A stretch of 32,000 nt of DNA, taken from contig NC_007205.1 of assembly GCF_000012345.1 (NCBI RefSeq), forward strand, positions 900,001 through 932,000, written 5' to 3'. The stretch is from Candidatus Pelagibacter ubique HTCC1062 (GTDB lineage Bacteria > Pseudomonadota > Alphaproteobacteria > Pelagibacterales > Pelagibacteraceae). Positions within the stretch are counted from its first letter, which is position 1. The number at the start of each line of letters is the position of its first letter. Below are positions 18,436 to 27,563 of this stretch, piece by piece. A program made the translations under genes and the position numbers. Under the pieces are notes generated by a model, which saw nothing but the letters and a program-made list of their open reading frames with translations, did not search any database and was not told where the DNA came from.

Positions 18436-19766
18436 GTGAAGATAAAAACATAAAAGTTGCTCGGTTATTTGGTTTAGAAAAAAAAGCAAGAGAAGCAAGA
18501 TCTCAAGACGAACTACATTTTGTAATCGCAAATGAGACAAGACAAATTATCGATTATATCAGTGCGTTTTTATTATTAAAAACACCAGCGGATAAATTTA
18601 ATATTAAAGCAACCTCTGATTTAGCTACAGTTGATAGAACGTCACCTTTACTTACTTTTATAGAAAACTTTGTGAACAACGATAAATCGTTAAGTGATAA
18701 AGAAATTCAAAATTTAGAATTAGACAAAATTGCTAAAAATATTAATTCTGAGAAACCAAAAAATTTACCCGAAAACATTTTATTTATTCCAATTATTTCA
18801 CCTCAAAAAGGCCTACAAGGTTATTTATTATTAGTAAGAAGTGAAAAATTTTCTGAAAACGAAATTGAACTTGCCGGACATTTGTCTTCAACTTATGGTC
18901 ATGCTTTTAATTCGTTCTTAAAAGATTTTTCAATTAAAAATCATTATAAAAAATATTTAACTGGAAAAAAATCATGGAAAATTTATGCAGCTATTTTTAT
19001 AATTTTAATTTTACCTATTCGAATAACTAGTACGGCTCCAGTTGAGGTTATAGCAAAAAATCCAAGCTTAGTTACTTCACCATTTGATGGGGTGGTTAAA
19101 AATATTGTAGCAAGTAATAACGATAAAATTAAGCAAGGTGATTTATTGGTTTTATTAGAAGATATCGAACTTAAGAATAATTTAAATATTACAAACCAAT
19201 CCCTTCAAGTAGCTCAAAAAGAACTTCTTCGAAGCAGACAATCATCCTTTACGAATAATGAGGAAAAAGCTCGATTAGCAGAATTAGTGGCACAAGTAGA
19301 ATTAAAAAAAGTAGAAGTAGCATCAGCACAAGAAAAGCTAAAAAATACAAAATTATTTGCAAAACAAAAAGGAATTGCAATTGTAGATCAAAAAAATGAT
19401 TGGCAAGGACGACCCGTTGCAGTGGGTGAAAAAATTATGACTGTTGCAAATCCTGATGAAGTTGAGTTTTTGATATGGTTGCCGGTTAAAGACTCGTTAG
19501 TTATTAAAGAAAATTCTAAAGTTAAAGTGTTTTTAGACATCAATCCAATTAGCTCGTTAAAAGGAAAACTTTTAAGATCTTCTTACGAACCTTCTTTGTC
19601 TCCTGAAGAAATATTATCTTATAAATTAGGAGCTAGTTTTGAGGGAAAAAAACCTCCAAGAATAGGATTGAGAGGAACGGCTAAAGTTTATGGTTCAAGA
19701 GTTTTTCTATTCTATTATGTTCTTAGAAAACCAATTACTTTTGTAAGACAATTAATAGGAATATGA
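18432..19766 (+). CDS. Membrane-anchored MFP/HlyD-family protein with an N-terminal cytoplasmic GAF-like domain, 444 aa
   Basis: A TTG start overlaps the upstream TGA (TTGA), and there is no in-frame ATG for more than 300 codons. The first ~170 aa resemble a GAF fold pattern (SQDELHFVIANETRQIIDYISAFLLLK ... LQGYLLLVRSEKFSENEIELAGHLSSTYGHAF). A single TM helix follows (WKIYAAIFIILILPI). The rest has MFP motifs: VTSPFDGVVKNIVASNNDKIKQGDLLVLLED, a coiled coil (NQSLQVAQKELLRSRQ...ELVAQVELKKVEVASAQEKL) and LFAKQKGIAIV. The GAF call is pattern recognition only. Confidence 0.72.
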   Translation: MSEDKNIKVARLFGLEKKAREARSQDELHFVIANETRQIIDYISAFLLLKTPADKFNIKATSDLATVDRTSPLLTFIENFVNNDKSLSDKEIQNLELDKIAKNINSEKPKNLPENILFIPIISPQKGLQGYLLLVRSEKFSENEIELAGHLSSTYGHAFNSFLKDFSIKNHYKKYLTGKKSWKIYAAIFIILILPIRITSTAPVEVIAKNPSLVTSPFDGVVKNIVASNNDKIKQGDLLVLLEDIELKNNLNITNQSLQVAQKELLRSRQSSFTNNEEKARLAELVAQVELKKVEVASAQEKLKNTKLFAKQKGIAIVDQKNDWQGRPVAVGEKIMTVANPDEVEFLIWLPVKDSLVIKENSKVKVFLDINPISSLKGKLLRSSYEPSLSPEEILSYKLGASFEGKKPPRIGLRGTAKVYGSRVFLFYYVLRKPITFVRQLIGI

Positions 19767-21865
19767 TCGTTCCTTATCTAAGACAAGATTTAGAAGTTTT
19801 TCGTGGTAATAGCCGTGAAGATGGTTCGCCCGCATGGCTTTTATATGATGCAATTCGAAATAAATACTTCACACTTGGTTTAACTGCTTTTAAACTTATT
19901 AAAAACTGGAGTGGAGGTGAAGATATTAAAAACTTTGAAAAGAAAATTAATTCATCAGGAATTGAAACCAATGAAGATGAAATAAAAAGTTTTATTAGTT
20001 TTCTTCACCAAAATAATTTAATTGTCCAACCTTCTGGTCAAAACGTTAGCTATTTACTACAACAAAAAAATAGCATGAAGAAGAGCTGGTTATTATATTT
20101 AATACACAGTTATCTATTTTTTAAAATTCCATTATTTAAACCAGACAATTGGCTTTCTAAAACTTTAAAATATGTAAAATATTTTGGTTCAAAACGATTT
20201 AGAAATATTACTTACTTCTTTGGTTTTGTTGGTTTATTTTTAGTCGCTCAACAATTTGAAACCTTTAAAAGCACTTTTCTTTATTTCTTTTCTTTTCAAG
20301 GGTTAATGCTTTATTTCTTAACTTTAGTTTTTGTAAAATGTCTTCATGAGTTAGGACATGCTTATATTGCAAAACACTATGGTTGCAGAGTATCTGCGAT
20401 TGGAATAGCTTTTTTAGTTTTTTTTCCATTTTTATATACCGATACAACTGATGCCTGGAGACTTAGAAATCACAAAGAAAGATTATTAATAAACTTTGGT
20501 GGTATACTTACAGAATTACATCTAGCGTTATTTGCAACTTTTATTTGGGGAATTTTACCTGAGGGTGGATTTAAAAGTGCAGCCTTTTTCATTGCAACAA
20601 CATCATGGATTTCATCCTTAACAATTAATGTAAGTCCTTTCATGAGATTTGATGGCTACTATGTTTTTTCCGATTGGTTAAAAGCTGAAAATTTACAACC
20701 TCGTTCATTTGCTCTTGCAAGGTGGAAAATAAGGGAAACTTTATTTGGTCTTAATCATAGTCCTCCAGAAGAAATTAACCCCTCAAGAAGATGGACTTTT
20801 ATCGTTTATGCTTGGGCGACATGGCTGTATCGATTTTTTCTATTTTTAGGTATTGCACTTTTAGTTTATCACCTAGCATTTAAATTTTTAGGAATCATAC
20901 TGTTTGCGGTTGAAATTTATTGGTTCATTATGTTACCGGTAATTCGTGAAGTGAATAATTGGTACAAATTAAAATCTGAAATAAAATTTAACAAACAAAC
21001 CAAAAGAACTTTAATCATTATTACTGCTTTATTAATGGTTTTATTCTTACCCTGGAAGTCATCTTTAAAAATACCTGCAGTATATATTTCTGAGCAGTAT
21101 TTAAAAATTTACGCACCTTATCCTTCAATGATTAAAAGAATATTAGTTGAAAAAGATGATGAAGTTGAAAAAGGACAAAATCTAATTGAACTTTATTCGC
21201 CTGATTTAGAGAATGAAATTATTTCATTAAGAAGAAATATAAAACTAATCAAGACAAAGATTAATCGATTAAGTAATTCAGCAGGAAATATGGATCAATA
21301 CTTAACGTTACAACAAAGATTAATTGCTCTACAAACAGAATTATCTGGTCTTACAAAAGTTCAAAATAAGCTTTTAATTAAAGCACCCATTAAAGGAAAG
21401 ATAAAAGATTTTTATAATTTATCTGAAGATATGTGGGTTAGTAATTTAGATCAACTTTTAGGTATTGTTCAATTCGGTACTGGAAAAGTAAAAGGATTTA
21501 TTAAAGAAGAACAAATAGATCGATTTTTAGAAAAAAACCCAGCTGTCTTTATTCCAAACGATGGAATTCATGATAAAGTTTATTTAGTTTCAAAATCACT
21601 AGATTTATCTGCTGTTAATAATCTTCCTTACATTTCATTAAGCTCAATTCATAATGGTCCAGTTGCTATAAGAAATTTTACAGGAGGAAAATTTCAATAT
21701 CGTCCACAAACAGCACATTATATTGCAGACTTCAAACTTGCGAAACGTAGTAAAATTCAATTCGAATTACCTGGTTATGTTCATATTGAAGGGAGTCGAT
21801 ACAGCCCTTTTACAAAATTGTTTAAAAATATTATTGCTATTCTTGTAAGAGAAAGTGGTTTTTAA
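19763..21865 (+). CDS. Fusion protein: PqqD/RRE-like N-domain, polytopic M50 (site-2 protease family) zinc metalloprotease, and C-terminal MFP/HlyD-like periplasmic domain, 700 aa
   Basis: ATG overlaps the upstream stop (ATGA). The HExxH motif sits in a TM helix (VKCLHELGHAYIAKHYG), and the second S2P motif NxxPxxxxDG is present (INVSPFMRFDGYY). There are about 8-9 hydrophobic helices. The C-terminal ~250 aa have a lipoyl-like/coiled-coil/lipoyl-like MFP layout (IYAPYPSMIKRILVEKDDEVEKGQNLIELYS ... LENEIISLRRNIKLIKTKINRL...LQQRLIALQTELSGL ... LIKAPIKGKIKDF). The N-terminus LRQDLEVFRGNSREDGSPAWLLYDAIRNKYFTLGLTAFKLIKNW...EDEIKSFISFLHQNNLI resembles PqqD-like peptide-binding domains. Confidence 0.85.
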   Translation: MIVPYLRQDLEVFRGNSREDGSPAWLLYDAIRNKYFTLGLTAFKLIKNWSGGEDIKNFEKKINSSGIETNEDEIKSFISFLHQNNLIVQPSGQNVSYLLQQKNSMKKSWLLYLIHSYLFFKIPLFKPDNWLSKTLKYVKYFGSKRFRNITYFFGFVGLFLVAQQFETFKSTFLYFFSFQGLMLYFLTLVFVKCLHELGHAYIAKHYGCRVSAIGIAFLVFFPFLYTDTTDAWRLRNHKERLLINFGGILTELHLALFATFIWGILPEGGFKSAAFFIATTSWISSLTINVSPFMRFDGYYVFSDWLKAENLQPRSFALARWKIRETLFGLNHSPPEEINPSRRWTFIVYAWATWLYRFFLFLGIALLVYHLAFKFLGIILFAVEIYWFIMLPVIREVNNWYKLKSEIKFNKQTKRTLIIITALLMVLFLPWKSSLKIPAVYISEQYLKIYAPYPSMIKRILVEKDDEVEKGQNLIELYSPDLENEIISLRRNIKLIKTKINRLSNSAGNMDQYLTLQQRLIALQTELSGLTKVQNKLLIKAPIKGKIKDFYNLSEDMWVSNLDQLLGIVQFGTGKVKGFIKEEQIDRFLEKNPAVFIPNDGIHDKVYLVSKSLDLSAVNNLPYISLSSIHNGPVAIRNFTGGKFQYRPQTAHYIADFKLAKRSKIQFELPGYVHIEGSRYSPFTKLFKNIIAILVRESGF

Positions 21866-21942
21866 ATATCATTAGTTTATTAAACCTAAAATGGACGTCT
21901 TTTGATATAAAAAGATACATCAAATCAATTATAATTTTAAAA

Positions 21943-22563
21943 ATGAAAGTTATAAATAATAAAAAAGGTTTTACCTTAATTGAATTATTAGTGGTAGTTG
22001 CCATCATTGGTATTTTATCATCTGTCGGGGTTGTTGCTTATAATGGGTATACAGCTGGGGCTAAAGAATCAGCTTGCAAAGGTAATTTTAGAACCATAGT
22101 TAAATCTGTTTATGAAAATATAATGTGGTGTGAGCTTAACCCAACAATTAATTTTTTGTGGAATAATGAACAATCTTGGGAATTTGATTGTGATACTATG
22201 TTCTATAACGGCATGTCAGTTGCGTCTCAGTGGGGGTACACGACAACTGAACAATTAGTCAGTCTTACTGTAAGAGATATTTCTAGTCAAGATAGTCATA
22301 GAAAACCAGACTCAAATATAGGTTCAAGAACAACACTTAAAACGATGACTAATCCCTACACTGGTTCTGGTTCTGTTTCTGGTGGTACTGCAAGGAGGGA
22401 AATTTATGATGGAGATAGATATGATATGAGAGGTAGTGTATCTCTTTTAAAAAGAGATAGTAGTGGAAATGAATTAAGCAATAATTGGCAGCAAGAGGGA
22501 CAACTGTATCTAATAACTAAATGTCGTGATAAAGTGATAGAATACGAATTTGATATCTATTGA
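21943..22563 (+). CDS. Type IV pilin-like protein (prepilin with N-terminal cleavage/methylation motif), 206 aa
   Basis: The class III signal MKVINNKKG|FTLIELLVVVAIIGILSSVGVVAYNGY is present, with G-1, F+1, E+5 and a hydrophobic alpha1-N helix. The variable C-terminal globular part has 4 Cys. Confidence 0.85.
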   Translation: MKVINNKKGFTLIELLVVVAIIGILSSVGVVAYNGYTAGAKESACKGNFRTIVKSVYENIMWCELNPTINFLWNNEQSWEFDCDTMFYNGMSVASQWGYTTTEQLVSLTVRDISSQDSHRKPDSNIGSRTTLKTMTNPYTGSGSVSGGTARREIYDGDRYDMRGSVSLLKRDSSGNELSNNWQQEGQLYLITKCRDKVIEYEFDIY

Positions 22564-22650
22564 AAATTTATATGTTTTCTTAAAATGGATAAATAATTAA
22601 CATAAAATACTTCTTTCCATTTTCATATTTAATGTCTATAAGATACTACC

Positions 22651-24267
22651 ATGGCGCGATATATCTTTGTCACCGGCGGTGTGGTTTCTTCCCTTGGTAA
22701 AGGTCTCTCTTCAGCATCATTAGCTTATCTATTACAATCAAGAGGTTACAAAGTTAGAATTAGAAAACTAGATCCGTATTTAAATGTGGATCCAGGAACT
22801 ATGAGCCCATTTCAACATGGAGAAGTTTTTGTAACCGATGATGGAGCTGAAACAGATTTAGATTTAGGTCACTATGAAAGATTTTCAGGAGTGTCTGCAA
22901 AAAAATCAGATAATATTACAACAGGAAAAATTTATAGCGATGTTCTTAGAAAAGAAAGAAAAGGAGAATATTTAGGAAAAACTGTCCAAGTTATTCCACA
23001 TATTACTGATCGTATAAAACAATTTATCAAACACGATTCATCCAAAGAAGATTTTGTTATTTGTGAAATAGGTGGAATAGTAGGGGATATAGAAAGCCTG
23101 CCATTTGTAGAGGCGATTAGACAATTTGCAAATGATGTGGGTAAAAAAAATGCATTATTCATTCATTTAACCTTAGTTCCTTACTTAAAAGCATCGGATG
23201 AAATAAAAACAAAACCAACCCAACACTCAGTTAAAGAATTAAGAAGTATAGGTATTCAACCAGATATCATCATTTGTAGATCGGAAAGACCTATTCCATT
23301 AGATCATAGAAAAAAAATATCATTATTTTGTAATGTGGATATTAAAAATGTTATTGAGACAGTAGATGTAAGAACTATTTATGAAGCTCCAATGAGCTTT
23401 TTTAAAGAAAAATTAGATTTGCAAGTTTTAAATTATTTTAAATTAAAATCAAAAAAACCTGCAAACTTAAATCCTTGGAAAAAAATAACTAAAATAATTT
23501 TACATAATAAAAAACAAGTTAATATTGCAATCATTGGAAAATACGTGGAGTTAAAAGATGCTTATAAATCTTTAGATGAAGCATTAACCCATGGAGGAAT
23601 TGATAATAAAGTTAAAGTCAATTTAGTTAGAATAGATTCTGAAAAATTAAAAATTTCTGAAATTAAGAAGAAGCTTAAAAATATTTCAGGCATATTAATT
23701 CCCGGTGGATTTGGTAAAAGAGGCACAGATGGAAAAATTGAAGCTATCAAACACGCCAGACTAAATAAAATTCCATTCCTTGGAATTTGTTATGGAATGC
23801 AAATGGCCATCATTGAATTTGCAAGAAATCAATTGAATTTAAAAAATGCTACCTCAAGTGAGTTTGATAAAAAAGGATTACCTATTATTGGATTAATCAA
23901 TGAATGGACCAAAGATGGTAAAAAGATTAAAGGAACCGATAAAGATTTAGGAGGCACAATGAGACTGGGTTCTTATGATGCAAAACTAAAAGATAATTCA
24001 AAAATCAGTAAAATTTATAAATCCAAATTAATTAAAGAGAGACACAGACATAGATATGAAGTCAATATTGCTTTTAAAGATAAATTTGAAAAAAAAGGGA
24101 TGATTTTTTCAGGGTTATCGCCTGATAATAAGTTACCTGAGATTATAGAGTTAAAAAATCACCCATGGTTTATAGGGGTTCAGTTTCACCCTGAATTTAA
24201 ATCTAGACCTTTAGCTCCTCATCCTTTATTCTCTTCATTTATCAAGGCAGCTAAAAATCATAAATGA
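22651..24267 (+). CDS. pyrG: CTP synthase
   Basis: The N-terminus [18 protein letters not shown] is canonical. The synthetase domain includes [34 protein letters not shown]. The C-terminal glutamine amidotransferase domain includes GICYGMQ...RHRHRYEVN...HPEFKSRP. Confidence 0.98.
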   Translation: MARYIFVTGGVVSSLGKGLSSASLAYLLQSRGYKVRIRKLDPYLNVDPGTMSPFQHGEVFVTDDGAETDLDLGHYERFSGVSAKKSDNITTGKIYSDVLRKERKGEYLGKTVQVIPHITDRIKQFIKHDSSKEDFVICEIGGIVGDIESLPFVEAIRQFANDVGKKNALFIHLTLVPYLKASDEIKTKPTQHSVKELRSIGIQPDIIICRSERPIPLDHRKKISLFCNVDIKNVIETVDVRTIYEAPMSFFKEKLDLQVLNYFKLKSKKPANLNPWKKITKIILHNKKQVNIAIIGKYVELKDAYKSLDEALTHGGIDNKVKVNLVRIDSEKLKISEIKKKLKNISGILIPGGFGKRGTDGKIEAIKHARLNKIPFLGICYGMQMAIIEFARNQLNLKNATSSEFDKKGLPIIGLINEWTKDGKKIKGTDKDLGGTMRLGSYDAKLKDNSKISKIYKSKLIKERHRHRYEVNIAFKDKFEKKGMIFSGLSPDNKLPEIIELKNHPWFIGVQFHPEFKSRPLAPHPLFSSFIKAAKNHK

Positions 24268-25088
24268 GTAGTAAAAAAGTTAATTGCGGAAATATAGAAA
24301 TTTCAAACGATAATAAGATTTGTATTATTGCTGGACCTTGTCAGCTTGAAACTGAACAACATGCAATGGACATGGCAGGTAAAATTCAAGAAATTACAAA
24401 AAAATTAGGTCTTGGATTTATCTATAAAACTTCATTTGATAAAGCGAATAGAACCAGTTTAAAAGGGCAAAGAGGGGCCGGTTTAGAAGCTTCCCTTCCC
24501 GTATTTGATAAAATTAAAAAAGAACTCAACGTTCCAATTTTAACCGACATTCATAACGCAGAACAATGTTCATTATTAAAAGATCATGTTGATATTTTGC
24601 AAATACCTGCATTTCTATGTAGGCAAACGGATCTGTTAATCGCTGCTGCAAAAACGAATAAAATTATAAATGTTAAAAAAGGTCAATTCCTAGCACCATG
24701 GGATATGGTTAATGTTACAAAAAAAATTTCAGACTCGGGTAATAATAACATTTTAGTTACAGAAAGAGGAGCAAGCTTTGGTTATAATACTCTTGTCTCT
24801 GACATGAGATCTCTACCCATAATGGCAAAAAATGGTTATCCTGTTATTTTTGATGCCACACATTCAGTTCAACAACCTGGAGGCCTAGGCGAGACTAGTG
24901 GTGGTCAAAGAGAGTTTGTTGAGTACTTAGCAAGAGCTGCGGTTGCTGTAGGTGTTGCGGGTGTTTTTATTGAAACACATCAAGACCCAGATAATGCTCC
25001 ATCTGATGGACCTAACATGGTTCCATTAGATAAATTAGAAAAATTATTATCTCAATTATTTGAAATAGATAATCTGATTAAAAAATAA
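24264..25088 (+). CDS. kdsA: 3-deoxy-8-phosphooctulonate (KDO-8-P) synthase
   Basis: Matches KdsA along its full length: [88 protein letters not shown]. The start overlaps the pyrG stop (ATGA). Confidence 0.97.
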   Translation: MSSKKVNCGNIEISNDNKICIIAGPCQLETEQHAMDMAGKIQEITKKLGLGFIYKTSFDKANRTSLKGQRGAGLEASLPVFDKIKKELNVPILTDIHNAEQCSLLKDHVDILQIPAFLCRQTDLLIAAAKTNKIINVKKGQFLAPWDMVNVTKKISDSGNNNILVTERGASFGYNTLVSDMRSLPIMAKNGYPVIFDATHSVQQPGGLGETSGGQREFVEYLARAAVAVGVAGVFIETHQDPDNAPSDGPNMVPLDKLEKLLSQLFEIDNLIKK

Positions 25089-26345
25089 ATGAGTAAGATT
25101 TTAAAGATTAAAGCTCGTCAAGTTTTTGATAGTAGAGGAAACCCCACAATTGAAGCTGAAGTTTATTCAAAAAAATTAAGTGCGTCTGCCATTTGTCCAT
25201 CGGGTGCTTCAACCGGAACTTATGAAGCATTTGAAAAAAGAGACGATAACAATAAAAAATATTTAGGTAAAAGTGTTTTAGGTACAGTCAATTTAGTTAA
25301 TACGAAAATTTCAAAAAAATTAATAGGTACAAATATTCATGATCAAACACGTATTGATACAATCTTAATTAATCTTGATGGTACTAGGCAAAAAACAAAT
25401 TTAGGTGCTAATGCAATTTTAGCTGTATCAATGGCTGCTAAAAAGCTTTCAGCAAAGATTAAGAATGTTCCACTGTATAAAACTTTTTTAGTAAAAAATA
25501 ATTATAAATTACCATATCCATTAATGAATATTATTAATGGTGGAGCACATGCTAATAACGGATTAAGAATTCAAGAGTTCATGATTAGACCCGATAAAGC
25601 TAAAAACTTTTCAGAAGCTATGAGAATATGCTTTGTTGTAATTAATAACTTAAAAAAGCTAATTATAAAGAAAGGGTTGTCAACATCTGTAGGAGATGAG
25701 GGGGGCTTTGCTCCAATGATTAGTAATAATGAAAAAGCTTTAGATTTAGTTGTTGCTGCAATTAATAAGTCTGGTTTTAAAAATGGCAAAGATGTTTCGA
25801 TTTGCTTAGATGTAGCGGCAAATGAATTAATGAAGAAAGATAAGTATTCTATTCATTCAAAAAAATTTGTTTCGGTAGATCAATCTATTAAAGAATATAA
25901 GAAAATAATAAATAAATACAAAATTAAATCTATTGAAGATCCATTTGGAGAAAATGATTGGATGGCATGGAGTAAATTAATGAAAAATACTAATAATGTG
26001 CAAATAGTTGGAGATGATTTGTATGTAACTAATTTAGAAAGACTTAAAAAAGGCTTTTTAAATAATTCTTCAAACTCTATATTAATTAAACTCAATCAAA
26101 TTGGTACGGTATCTGAAACACTTGAAGTTATAAAGTTTGCACAAATTATTGGATATAAAACAATAATTTCTCATAGATCTGGAGATAGCGAAGACACTTT
26201 TATAGCAGACCTGGCTGTAGGTACAAATTCAAATCAAATAAAAACTGGATCTTTAGCTAGATCAGAACGTGTTGCAAAATATAATCAATTATTACGTATA
26301 GAAGAAGAACTTGGAAAAAAAGCATCAATGAGTAAAATTCATTAA
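25089..26345 (+). CDS. eno: Enolase (phosphopyruvate hydratase)
   Basis: Matches enolase: IKARQVFDSRGNPTIEAEV, GASTGTYEA.E.RD, NIINGG.HA.N.L.IQEFMI, VGDEGGFAP, IEDP..E.DW..W, IVGDDL.VTN, ILIKLNQIGT..ET, SHRSG..EDTFIADLAV. Confidence 0.98.
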   Translation: MSKILKIKARQVFDSRGNPTIEAEVYSKKLSASAICPSGASTGTYEAFEKRDDNNKKYLGKSVLGTVNLVNTKISKKLIGTNIHDQTRIDTILINLDGTRQKTNLGANAILAVSMAAKKLSAKIKNVPLYKTFLVKNNYKLPYPLMNIINGGAHANNGLRIQEFMIRPDKAKNFSEAMRICFVVINNLKKLIIKKGLSTSVGDEGGFAPMISNNEKALDLVVAAINKSGFKNGKDVSICLDVAANELMKKDKYSIHSKKFVSVDQSIKEYKKIINKYKIKSIEDPFGENDWMAWSKLMKNTNNVQIVGDDLYVTNLERLKKGFLNNSSNSILIKLNQIGTVSETLEVIKFAQIIGYKTIISHRSGDSEDTFIADLAVGTNSNQIKTGSLARSERVAKYNQLLRIEEELGKKASMSKIH

Positions 26346-26647
26346 TGCTGGGGAAATTAAAAAAAAATTATTTTTTATTAATCTCTACTTTTTTAATACT
26401 TTATTTTTTCTTTAACCTTCTAGATGGTGAAAGAGGTCTTTTTTCTTATTTTAAAAAAAAAGAAATTTTAGTTAATTTAAAAATTGAAGAAGCTAATTTA
26501 TCTAATAAAATCAAAGAGCTTGAATTTAAAAACTCTCTATTAAGTACTAAATTAGACCTAGATTATGTTGAAACCTTAATTAGAGAAAAATTTATGTTTG
26601 GCAAAGAAGGAGAGACCCTTTATATAATTAAAAAGAATGACAACTAA
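26345..26647 (+). CDS. ftsB: Septum formation initiator, FtsB/DivIC family, 100 aa
   Basis: The protein has a single N-terminal TM helix ([18 protein letters not shown]), a coiled coil ([22 protein letters not shown]), and a C-terminal [13 protein letters not shown].....GE motif. It lies immediately after eno, as in many proteobacteria. The start overlaps the eno stop (TAATG). Confidence 0.8.
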   Translation: MLGKLKKNYFLLISTFLILYFFFNLLDGERGLFSYFKKKEILVNLKIEEANLSNKIKELEFKNSLLSTKLDLDYVETLIREKFMFGKEGETLYIIKKNDN

Positions 26648-27563
26648 GCCAAGACATCCAGAAAAAGTTAACAAACCTTTAAATCCAATCAAAAAAAAAC
26701 CTGATTGGATAAGATCTAAACTTGTTAATAGTAAAGAGTTTTTTCTAACAAAAACAATTGTTAATAATAATAATTTAGTAACGGTATGTCAGGAAGCTAA
26801 CTGTCCAAATATCACAGAATGTTGGAGCAAAAGACATGCAACATTTATGATAATGGGTGATACTTGCACAAGAGCATGTGCTTTTTGCGATGTAAAAACA
26901 GGTAGGCCTGGAAAACTAGACTCATTAGAACCCGTTAAAATAGCTGAAGCCGTAAAAAAATTAAATTTAAAACATGTCGTAATCACTTCTGTTGATAGAG
27001 ATGATCTCGACGATGGAGGATCAAATCATTTTTTTGAGGTAATTGATCAAACAAGAAAAAGAAATCCTAATACATCAATTGAGGTTTTAACACCTGATTT
27101 TCTAAGAAAAGGAGATGCTTATAAAAAAGTACTAGAAGCTAATCCTGATGTTTTTAATCATAACATTGAAACTGTGCCTAGACTTTATTTAAAAGTAAGA
27201 CCAGGCTCTAGATATTTTTCATCATTAGAACTCTTAAAGAATGCAAAATTAGTTAATAAAAATGTTTTCACAAAATCAGGATTAATGGTTGGATTAGGTG
27301 AGAATAAAGAGGAGATCATTCAAGTGATGGATGATCTAAAAGCAGCTGATGTAGATTTTTTAACTATTGGTCAATACTTACAACCCTCTGTAAGACACCA
27401 CCCCTTAGATCGTTATTACCATCCAGATGAATTTAAAGAGTTAGAAACTATTGCAAAATCAAAAGGATTTTTATTAGTTTCATCGACACCTTTAACTAGA
27501 TCTTCATATCATGCAGATGAAGATTTTGCTAAACTTCAACTAAATAGAATTAACAATCATTAA
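26637..27563 (+). CDS. lipA: Lipoyl synthase (radical SAM)
   Basis: Both Fe-S cluster motifs are present: [13 protein letters not shown] (CX4CX5C) and [10 protein letters not shown] (CX3CX2C). The C-terminal SSY motif is also present. The gene overlaps ftsB by 11 nt. Confidence 0.97.
   Translation: MTTKPRHPEKVNKPLNPIKKKPDWIRSKLVNSKEFFLTKTIVNNNNLVTVCQEANCPNITECWSKRHATFMIMGDTCTRACAFCDVKTGRPGKLDSLEPVKIAEAVKKLNLKHVVITSVDRDDLDDGGSNHFFEVIDQTRKRNPNTSIEVLTPDFLRKGDAYKKVLEANPDVFNHNIETVPRLYLKVRPGSRYFSSLELLKNAKLVNKNVFTKSGLMVGLGENKEEIIQVMDDLKAADVDFLTIGQYLQPSVRHHPLDRYYHPDEFKELETIAKSKGFLLVSSTPLTRSSYHADEDFAKLQLNRINNH

Noticed and set aside
2-21865. Calling the locus a canonical type I secretion system: an RTX adhesin with HlyD.
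   Set aside because: I saw no GGxGxDxUx nonapeptides in the giant protein. No ABC transporter (HlyB-like) or TolC is in the window. The HlyD-like genes have atypical fusions (GAF-like, M50). Only a looser statement about MFP-domain proteins is supported.
21930-21935. The TATAAT hexamer upstream of the pilin ATG, and TATAAG at 22637-22642 upstream of pyrG, could be -10 promoter elements.
   Set aside because: Such hexamers are expected by chance at this A+T content. Neither has a convincing -35 element at 16-18 bp, and both sit only 7-8 nt from the start codon. I did not report them as features.
22582-22623. The inverted repeat AAAATGGA ... TCCATTTT after the pilin gene could be a rho-independent terminator.
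   Set aside because: It is only an 8-bp, almost entirely A/T stem with a ~26-nt loop, which is too weak to call in a ~30% GC genome. The same applies to the 6-bp tctttt/aaaaga hairpin at about 21898-21915.
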